Assembly (NCBI GenBank): GCA_041660505.1
Contig: JBAZWG010000001.1
Location: forward strand, 477,776 to 541,775
Length of the DNA stretch: 64,000 nucleotides
Source: Minisyncoccota bacterium
Lineage (GTDB): Bacteria > Patescibacteriota > Minisyncoccia > Phycocordibacterales > JACRKE01
Direction: 5' to 3'
The translations under genes and the position numbers were made by a program. Shown piece by piece: positions 55,006 to 64,000 of the stretch (its first letter is position 1; the number at the start of each line of letters is the position of its first letter). Below the pieces are notes generated by a model. That model ran no database searches, had not been told where the DNA came from, and was given only the letters and a program-made list of their open reading frames with translations.

Positions 55006-55419
55006 ATGAAATTCACCCCTCAACAATTCGCCAACGCATTCGTCGAAGCAATCCAAGAAGCTCGGCTTCTCAAAACAGAGCCCGGAAGCCGAGCTTCTGA
55101 AGCAGAAATCATTGCCCGAGCGGCAGATATTCTTAAGAAAGCGGGTAAAGAAAATAAACTTCCGCAAATCATTCTCGCTATCGAATCGGCTTGGGCCAAG
55201 AAGACCGGCGCCAGAAAGTTTACACTTCGTTCGACTTTACCGCTTAAAGATAATGCGATAAAAAGTTTGACCAAAGCGCTACAGCTCACAGACCGAGATT
55301 CTGTAGAGACGCATCTTGATCCGCACCTTGTCGCCGGCGTGATCGTTTCTGAAAATGAAAGTCGCGTCCTAGATTTATCGTTCCGTTCCCGCGTTAATAA
55401 ATTATTCGCTACTGCATGA
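55006..55419 (+). CDS. atpH: F0F1 ATP synthase subunit delta (OSCP)
   Basis: ATG at 55006 immediately after atpF; the product MKFTPQQFANAFVEAIQEA... is 138 aa. The track ORF 54790.. extends upstream in an overlapping frame. Confidence 0.65.
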   Translation: MKFTPQQFANAFVEAIQEARLLKTEPGSRASEAEIIARAADILKKAGKENKLPQIILAIESAWAKKTGARKFTLRSTLPLKDNAIKSLTKALQLTDRDSVETHLDPHLVAGVIVSENESRVLDLSFRSRVNKLFATA

Positions 55420-55531
55420 ATTACTTTTTAAAATCCCTTAGCCCCATTCCGCCAACTTCTTGGAACTTGCAAACAGATGGCGGAACGGCACGCCCCCGCC
55501 TAGGATTTTAAAAAGTAATTCATTCCATATT

Positions 55532-57061
55532 ATGTCATACGAAATCGTAGAAAAATTAAAGAAAGAGATTGCAGGGTTCAAGGCCGACCCCCGCTGGGAG
55601 GAGATTGGCGAGGTGATAGAGGTGGGGGATGGTATCGTGAAGATAAAAGGGCTGAAGAAGATCGGCAGTCAGGAGACGCTCGAGGTGACGACCGCAACCG
55701 GCGTCGTATCAGCCTTAGCACTTAACCTGGAAGAAGATTCTGTCGGCGCACTTGTTCTCGGTGATTACACAATGGTGAAGGTGGGCGACACTGTCCGCGG
55801 TACCGGGGCGACTATTCGTATCGGTGTTGGTGATGAACTCATCGGCCGAGTCGTAGACCCGCTTGGCAATGCCGTTGACGGCAAAGGCGCTTTATTTGCG
55901 AAAAAAGATTTTAACACTTACCCCTTGGAAGCGGCGGCACCATCGGTGCTTGATCGCGAAATGGTCAAGGTCCCGCTCCATACCGGCCTCAAATCTATCG
56001 ACGCTATGATCCCGATCGGCCGCGGCCAGCGCGAGCTTATAATCGGTGATCGCGGTGTGGGTAAGACGGCGATTGCTTTAGACGCGATAATCAACCAGCA
56101 ATTTGATACGGGTCGCAAACGACCAATTTGTATTTATGTCGCAATTGGCCAGAAAGAGGCAAAGGTGGCCAAGCTGATGGAAACTTTAAAGACTCAAGGT
56201 GCCGATAAGTACACTATAATAGTATCGGCACCGGCATCGAGCCCGGCCGCCCAGTGGTACTTGGCTCCTTATGCCGGCTGTGCTATCGGAGAATATTTCC
56301 GCGATCGAGGTGATGACGCGCTCGTTATTTACGACGACCTTTCGAAACATGCTTGGGCGTATCGCCAGGTATCACTCTTGCTTCGTCGTCCGCCCGGCCG
56401 CGAAGCTTACCCGGGTGATATTTTCTATTTGCATTCACGCCTGCTTGAGCGAGCCGCTAAACTCTCGAAAGAAAAAGGCGGAGGCTCGCTCACTGCACTG
56501 CCGATTGTGGAAACCCAGCTCGGCGACATTACCGCCTACGTGCCAACGAACATCATCTCCATCACCGATGGGCAGATATTCCTCGAGTCAGGCTTGTTCA
56601 ACAAAGGCGAGCGCCCGGCTATTAACGTCGGCCTCTCGGTGTCACGCGTGGGTTCTGCCGCACAGACCAAAGCGATGAAGAAAGTTGCCGGCAAGCTCCG
56701 CCTCCAACTCGCCCAGTTCCGCGAGCTCCAAGCGTTCGTGCAGTTTGCATCCGACGTCGACGCCGCCACTAAAGCCCGCATCCAGCAAGGCCAGCTCATT
56801 ACCGAAGTATTAAAGCAGGATGATCAGAATCCGCGCCCATTCGAGGAGCAGGTGGTAGTCTTTTATGCTGTCCTCGGCGGGCATTTTAACGATTACAAAG
56901 TCGAAGAAGTGCGCGATGTTGAGACAAGATACTTAACTTATCTAAAAGAGCTGCATGAGAAAGATATCTTAGAACCAATGCGCACAAGTGGCGAACTATC
57001 CGAATCTGTCGAAGCTAAGTTGAAGGAAGCCCTCGAACACTTTAAGCTGCAGGTGAAATAA
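55532..57061 (+). CDS. atpA: F0F1 ATP synthase subunit alpha
   Basis: P-loop GDRGVGKTAIALDAI and DDLSKHAWAYRQVSLLLRRPPGREAYPGDIFYLHSRLLERAAKL. The ATG is at 55532. Confidence 0.9.
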   Translation: MSYEIVEKLKKEIAGFKADPRWEEIGEVIEVGDGIVKIKGLKKIGSQETLEVTTATGVVSALALNLEEDSVGALVLGDYTMVKVGDTVRGTGATIRIGVGDELIGRVVDPLGNAVDGKGALFAKKDFNTYPLEAAAPSVLDREMVKVPLHTGLKSIDAMIPIGRGQRELIIGDRGVGKTAIALDAIINQQFDTGRKRPICIYVAIGQKEAKVAKLMETLKTQGADKYTIIVSAPASSPAAQWYLAPYAGCAIGEYFRDRGDDALVIYDDLSKHAWAYRQVSLLLRRPPGREAYPGDIFYLHSRLLERAAKLSKEKGGGSLTALPIVETQLGDITAYVPTNIISITDGQIFLESGLFNKGERPAINVGLSVSRVGSAAQTKAMKKVAGKLRLQLAQFRELQAFVQFASDVDAATKARIQQGQLITEVLKQDDQNPRPFEEQVVVFYAVLGGHFNDYKVEEVRDVETRYLTYLKELHEKDILEPMRTSGELSESVEAKLKEALEHFKLQVK

Positions 57062-57066
57062 AAAAT

Positions 57067-57618
57067 ATGTCAGACCCAGTAATTGACCCAGAACAGGAAA
57101 AACTCGATCGAGAGAAAGAAGTTGAAGCTCAAATCGAAAGTGAGCTAGATAAATATTATCCTAGCTGGCGGAGTAGTGAAGAAAGAAAGAATTTAGATAT
57201 CACAAGCTTCATGAATAATTTCTGGGCATATTTTCCTGGAAAAGAAAAGCAAACTTATAAGTCTAGTCATCATGATCAGCTTAAAGACTGGGATATCCCT
57301 AATCGCCAGCCTATCGAAGGTATTAAAAACGAATCGAGACGGCAAGAGGAATTAACTTCACACTCTCAAAAGTGGCTCGATCAGACCTCACGACAATTTC
57401 AAGAGGAATTATTAAAATCAGCAGAAGAAGTCGGTATCTCGCAAGAAGAGATTGAGGGATTGATTGACGCGCATGTTATGTCTCTAACGAGCGAACTGGG
57501 CAAAGAGTCGGGATTTGGAAAGAAATTAGATCCTGCCACAGTCGTCAAATATTTTTTCCCAATTTACAAAAAGATGCGAGTAAAGGGCTACGTTCACGAT
57601 TCAGAACTAAGAAGATAA
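57067..57618 (+). CDS. Hypothetical acidic protein encoded between atpA and atpG
   Basis: 183-aa ORF with no recognisable domain, in an unusual position inside the atp operon. Confidence 0.45.
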   Translation: MSDPVIDPEQEKLDREKEVEAQIESELDKYYPSWRSSEERKNLDITSFMNNFWAYFPGKEKQTYKSSHHDQLKDWDIPNRQPIEGIKNESRRQEELTSHSQKWLDQTSRQFQEELLKSAEEVGISQEEIEGLIDAHVMSLTSELGKESGFGKKLDPATVVKYFFPIYKKMRVKGYVHDSELRR

Positions 57619-57622
57619 TTAT

Positions 57623-59996
<2,374 letters not shown>

Positions 59997-60007
59997 AAAT
60001 ACAAAAT

Positions 60008-60250
60008 ATGAAACTCGGTATATATTCATTAAAAAAGATTTTGTTCCAAGGAGAGGCTAAAGAGCTGAATTGTAAAACTACGTCCGGCGAAATTACCGTG
60101 CTAGACCATCACCGCCCGCTCATCACTATGCTCGCCAAAGGCAAGCTGAAGGTGATTGATCATAAAGACAAACAACACGAATTCGAAGTAGTATCAGGCT
60201 TCCTCGAAGTCCAGCCTGGGAATTCCGCACGAGTGATTGTGGAAGAATAA
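60008..60250 (+). CDS. atpC: F0F1 ATP synthase subunit epsilon, N-terminal beta-sandwich domain only (80 aa, truncated type)
   Basis: Position after atpD and beta-sandwich-like sequence; lacks the C-terminal helical hairpin. Confidence 0.65.
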   Translation: MKLGIYSLKKILFQGEAKELNCKTTSGEITVLDHHRPLITMLAKGKLKVIDHKDKQHEFEVVSGFLEVQPGNSARVIVEE

Positions 60251-60337
60251 AACAAAAAACACCACGCTCGGTGATGTTCTTTGTTGCTGACTGGGTGATG
60301 AAGCGCGGGCCCAGTCTCCCGTTAACGATTGAGGTGG

Positions 60338-60679
60338 TCAGCTCTTCCAGCGATAGATCTTCCTCTGGAAGCCTGGTGGTCCGACGACTTCGATCGCGTC
60401 TCCTGATGTGAGACGGTCTTCGGCGATCGGGCCCGAGTAATAGTGCTTCACATCGAACTTCTCCTTCTCCTCGAGCAACCTCTCCTTGTCGTTGGTTGTT
60501 ACCACGGCGCTCGAGCGGCGAAAGGTTTCGATACGCTCCATCTCTGGCGGAATCGAGAGTTTTGTTATGTCATCACTCTCAATTTCCTGCGGCTTGCCGG
60601 GGAAGGCAGAATTCGTCATGCAGAACACGACGAACCACCGCTCGCGCCACGTTATACGTGGTTTCTTTGCTTGTACCAC
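60338..60679 (-). CDS. Hypothetical protein
   Basis: 113-aa ORF with somewhat higher GC; no recognisable domain. Confidence 0.3.
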   Translation of the reverse strand: MVQAKKPRITWRERWFVVFCMTNSAFPGKPQEIESDDITKLSIPPEMERIETFRRSSAVVTTNDKERLLEEKEKFDVKHYYSGPIAEDRLTSGDAIEVVGPPGFQRKIYRWKS

Positions 60680-60772
60680 CTTAACCTCCTCATTATAGGC
60701 GCTTGTTCGAACGACGAGCGCGACAAAATCAATATGTATACTATGTTTTATTGAGAATAAGTCAACCGGTGT

Positions 60773-62395
60773 TTACAAATCGTTGCCGGTGTACGAGAGA
60801 TTGAAGGACTTGTTGATGAGGGGGAAGTCGGGGACCATGTTGCCTCGGCCGGCGTAGCCTACGGCTGTCCAGTTCAAGAATGACGGGTCACGAACGTCGA
60901 CACGGGTAATGTGGCCGGCGGAATCGGTGGCAACGAAGTGTACCAAGTCACCGCGCCAACCTTCTACAATGCTGACAACGTAAGAATTCGGCTTGAAAAT
61001 AATTTCAGAAAGTTTCTTGTGGGGGAGAGCGGTGATGGTGCTGGAACTTCCAATAACTATCTTGGGCATTTTTTCTATGGCTTCGCGAATGATGGTGATG
61101 CTGTTGCGCACCTCCTGCACTCTTATCGAATAGCGCGCCAACACATCGCAGGTATTAGCCTTGGCCACAGTCATCTGTAGGTACGGGTAAGCCGCGTAGG
61201 GGAAGTCGCGGCGTGTGTCGCGGTCTATACCGCAAGCGCGCCCGGCGATACCGGTGACGCCATGATCTTTTGCAATTGTCCGGTCAAGAATGCCCGTACC
61301 TTCTAAACGGTTCAAGACCGAGCTACTGTTGCCGGCTACGCCTATGACTTCATTAAAGTCCTTTTCAAAACCAGTTAAGAATGTTTTGAGCTCGGCGAGC
61401 AATGAATCTGCAACGTCTTTTTGTATTCCTCCTATGGTATTTACACCGCGAAGGAATCTGCTACCAGAGAGCTTCTCGTTCCAGCGCATGATACTCTCGC
61501 GAAGTCTTGCGCCATGCATCCCGCCGAAGCTGAAGCCGGTGTCCATGAGGATCATCCCGATATCGCCAGAGTGGCAGGCAATACGCTCGAGCTCGCTAAA
61601 GATAGTGCGCAGGTAGCGCGTACGCTCCGAGACATGGGTATCGGAGAGCTTCTCCAGTGCGCGGATAAAGGCATGCGAATGACTGAATGAAGTATCGCCG
61701 GAAATCCTTTCTGATAATTTAATTTTCTCCGCGAGCGGCAAGGTTTCGAATAATTTCTCACTGCCTTTGTGCGAATAGCCGAGTCTGCCTTCGAGGTTCA
61801 AGATCTCTTCACCGGCGACATTGAAGCGGAAGTGCCCGGGCTCGATGATGCCGGCGTGGACCGGACCTACGGGAATTTCATAAATGCCTTCGCCTTGGAT
61901 ATGAGTGAATTCATAGTGCCCTGTCGTGCGGTCCGGTCGCGTTGTAACATTAAAATCTTTGCGTAACGGGTGGACGTTTGCCGGCCAATTCTCATGGAGA
62001 ATCATCGGGCGCGGGTCAGGATGGCCGAGGGCCGTAATGCCGAAGAACGACATGATTTTGCGCTCATAAGCGTTTGCTTCATGAATGGTCGGCGTGAGAG
62101 AAGGGAATTCTTTATCGGTCAAAATATACGGCGCGATGAACTCATTCTCGCTGGGGACGCCGAAGATGTACATCACTTTTAACTTGCCGTGTTCTTTGCG
62201 CTCGTCAAGCGCGGTGATCAGTTTAAGCGGGAGATTGTGCTCATGATACAAATTGCCGGCTACTGCGATGATATCTGCCGGTGCGACTTCGAACGTGGTG
62301 AGATTGCCATATGTGTTCGTAACGAAGCCGGCGGCAAGATATTTTGTTTTGAGTTCTTCAGTCATAATAGTTTTATATAGATGTGTCGACGGCAT
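60773..62395 (-). CDS. nuoCD: Fused NuoC/NuoD-like subunit (complex I / energy-converting hydrogenase large-subunit homolog lacking the Ni-binding cysteines)
   Basis: NuoC-like N-terminus (HPDPRPMILHENWPANVHPLRKDF) and NuoD-like core (GPVHAGIIEPGHFRF ... ERISGDTSFSHSHAF). There is no RxCGxC or DPCxxC motif. Confidence 0.7.
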   Translation of the reverse strand: MPSTHLYKTIMTEELKTKYLAAGFVTNTYGNLTTFEVAPADIIAVAGNLYHEHNLPLKLITALDERKEHGKLKVMYIFGVPSENEFIAPYILTDKEFPSLTPTIHEANAYERKIMSFFGITALGHPDPRPMILHENWPANVHPLRKDFNVTTRPDRTTGHYEFTHIQGEGIYEIPVGPVHAGIIEPGHFRFNVAGEEILNLEGRLGYSHKGSEKLFETLPLAEKIKLSERISGDTSFSHSHAFIRALEKLSDTHVSERTRYLRTIFSELERIACHSGDIGMILMDTGFSFGGMHGARLRESIMRWNEKLSGSRFLRGVNTIGGIQKDVADSLLAELKTFLTGFEKDFNEVIGVAGNSSSVLNRLEGTGILDRTIAKDHGVTGIAGRACGIDRDTRRDFPYAAYPYLQMTVAKANTCDVLARYSIRVQEVRNSITIIREAIEKMPKIVIGSSSTITALPHKKLSEIIFKPNSYVVSIVEGWRGDLVHFVATDSAGHITRVDVRDPSFLNWTAVGYAGRGNMVPDFPLINKSFNLSYTGNDL

Positions 62396-63812
62396 TAAGT
62401 AAAAGTCTTAATGGCAAAGGCAAATACAAAGAAAGGATAATGAGAAGAACCAAGAGAACAAGCGGAGGAATCGTCGTCCAGAGACTGAATTCGCCCGTCG
62501 AAGTGCCCTCATCTGTCTTACTGAACGATAAGCTGACGATATGACGCAATAGCCCGACGAAGACCAGTGCGAGTGCGGCAAGTGCGATGGTGACGAGTAC
62601 CGGATGAGCTGTGATACCGGAAGAGAGAATGTAAAATTCTGTTATAAAGATACCGAAAGGCGGTACGCCGGCAATAGCCAAGAAGCCGATGATTAGCATA
62701 ACGCCCGTAATCGGAAGCGCGGTCAGAACACCCTTTACCTTTGCTATTTTCGTCGAGCTGTATTTAAGGAAGATATTGCCGGAGGTGAAGAAGAGCATGG
62801 ATTTGGCAATCGAGTGGTAAACCATATGGAGAATGGCGGCCGGCGCGGCGATACCGCCGAAGCCGAGGCCGAGCGCCATTATGCCAGCGTGCTCGATAGA
62901 CGAGTAGGCGAAGAGGCGCTTATAATTCTTCTGAACGAGCATGATGAAGGCCGCGATGATTATCGAGAATAGCCCGAAGAAAATAAGCAGATTTTGCGAG
63001 AATGCGACGCCGAGTGCTGTGTCGGTAACCACCTTAAACCTTATGATAGCGAGCAAGGCGACGTTCAAGAGCGAGCCGGAAAATAGCGCGGTGACTGGTG
63101 TTGGAGTCTTGGTGTAAGCATCCGGCTTCCAGGTGTGCATTGGGGCGAAGCCGACCTTGGTGCCGAAGCCAACAAGAATGAAGATGAAGGCGATCTTGGC
63201 GATGAGAGGCTCCAAGTTGCCGGCGTTCGCGAGGAGCGTTTGCCAATCGAGGAATCCTACGTTGCTCGTATGCGAGACGGCGGTCAAGAATAAAAGAGTG
63301 CCGAAGAAGGAGATGAGAAGGCCGACCGAGTTAATCAAGAGATACTTCCATGCGGCCTCGATAGTCGACTGTTTATTATAGAAGGAGACGAGGAAGGCGG
63401 TCGATAGTGTCGTCGCCTCGATTGCGATCCACATGAGTATCGGGCTTACTGTCGTGATGGCGAAGAACATGGCGAGCAAGAATAGATTGACGAGAATGTA
63501 ATATTCCTGCACACGGGTCTTTATTATCCCTTTCTCCACCTCTGCGCGGATATAGCCGACGGAGTAGCAAGCGGCGGCGGCACCAATAAGAGCGACAGTA
63601 AAGAGAACAATGAGTCCGAGCGCATCGACAGAGAAGAAGGGAAGGTAACTGTATCTGCCCGCGGCCAATACTTCCTTTGCGATGAGTGCCCAAATGATAA
63701 AGCCAAGGACAGCGCTTGTGACGGTTATCGCCTCGAGCGCGCGCGGTTTATTGGTCGCACACGAGCTAAGTGCGGCGATGAGCGGGATCAGGATAAGTAA
63801 AATTAAAAGCAT
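62373..63812 (-). CDS. NuoN/NuoM/MnhD-family proton-translocating antiporter-like subunit
   Basis: About 14 TM helices with the complex I antiporter-like core (WKPDAYTKTPTPVTALFSGSLLNVALLAIIRF, YSSIEHAGIMALGLGFGG). Confidence 0.75.
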   Translation of the reverse strand: MLLILLILIPLIAALSSCATNKPRALEAITVTSAVLGFIIWALIAKEVLAAGRYSYLPFFSVDALGLIVLFTVALIGAAAACYSVGYIRAEVEKGIIKTRVQEYYILVNLFLLAMFFAITTVSPILMWIAIEATTLSTAFLVSFYNKQSTIEAAWKYLLINSVGLLISFFGTLLFLTAVSHTSNVGFLDWQTLLANAGNLEPLIAKIAFIFILVGFGTKVGFAPMHTWKPDAYTKTPTPVTALFSGSLLNVALLAIIRFKVVTDTALGVAFSQNLLIFFGLFSIIIAAFIMLVQKNYKRLFAYSSIEHAGIMALGLGFGGIAAPAAILHMVYHSIAKSMLFFTSGNIFLKYSSTKIAKVKGVLTALPITGVMLIIGFLAIAGVPPFGIFITEFYILSSGITAHPVLVTIALAALALVFVGLLRHIVSLSFSKTDEGTSTGEFSLWTTIPPLVLLVLLIILSLYLPLPLRLLLNAVDTSI

Positions 63813-63824
63813 ATTTGTTTTTTG

Positions 63825-63869
63825 TCGGGGAGGTTCAACCTTTTAGATGCTCAAGGTTGAACCTCCCCG
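63825..63869. repeat. Family D palindromic hairpin element (long-stem variant), copy 4
   Basis: tcggggaggttcaacc-ttttagatgctca-aggttgaacctccccga. Confidence 0.75.
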
Positions 63870-63876
63870 ACTTATT

Positions 63877-64000
63877 TTATTCTGTAAGATGAGTCATTTC
63901 GCTCACGTCGAGCGAACCGTATTCTCTGTAGATCATAGAGGCGAAGACGGTGGCGACGAGTATCCAAATAAGGAGGTCGAACATGATGCCGAGCTGGAGG
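63877..64000 (-). CDS. 3' end of a membrane-protein gene continuing beyond the window (possibly another Nuo/Mrp-like small subunit)
   Basis: Open minus-strand frame ending ...MFDLLIWILVATVFASMIYREYGSLDVSEMTHLTE with a stop at 63877-63879. Confidence 0.35.
   Translation of the reverse strand, partial: LQLGIMFDLLIWILVATVFASMIYREYGSLDVSEMTHLTE

Overview
This 64 kb window comes from a compact, gene-dense bacterial genome that uses the standard genetic code (TGA is a stop, e.g. cmk at 43184-43186). The gene content looks like a small-genome uncultivated lineage (CPR/Patescibacteria-like; this is inference): PilMNO pilus genes, LemA/TPM, a 2039-aa repetitive surface protein, scattered tRNAs and many in-frame insertions. 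Housekeeping genes include tsaE-polA, trmH-like, holA-like, fpg, a Mur ligase, ruvA, rpsT, purD-like, ruvX, a polyprenyl synthase/uppS/rluA-family/rplS block, ung, trpS, dsbA-like/VKOR, cmk and a tlyA-family gene. There is an F1Fo ATP synthase operon (atpB-E-F-H-A-[extra ORF]-G-D-C), NuoCD plus NuoN-like genes, and seven tRNAs (Lys, Arg-GCG, Ser-TGA, Arg-TCT, Val-TAC, Leu-GAG, His-GTG). The most notable system is a complete diversity-generating retroelement (DGR) at 45713-48228. It has a GC-rich target gene whose C-terminal variable repeat (VR, 46216-46339) matches a template repeat (TR, 46695-46818) with 24 of 25 differences at TR adenines. It also has an Avd-like four-helix-bundle ORF, a reverse transcriptase carrying the DGR motif LGNLTSQ and YADD, a hairpin after the VR, and a G11 homopolymer tract between avd and the RT. 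Other findings: (i) a roughly 400-bp in-frame insertion in tlyA that encodes a DUF559 (Vsr-like) endonuclease domain flanked by 9-bp-stem GC hairpins; (ii) four dispersed small repeat families, two inserted in-frame in essential genes (a 40-bp palindrome in polA and a cobalamin adenosyltransferase; CCAACTCC octamer arrays in tsaE and polA), similar to Rickettsia palindromic elements (RPEs); (iii) homing-endonuclease-type genes (two LAGLIDADG-like, one GIY-YIG, two tandem HNH) directly next to or overlapping tRNA genes, with duplicated tRNA fragments and 30-bp direct repeats around tRNA-Ser; (iv) a mazEF pair plus a solo MazF-like gene, a frameshifted tag, a DnaA-box cluster, and homopolymer tracts in promoter regions.
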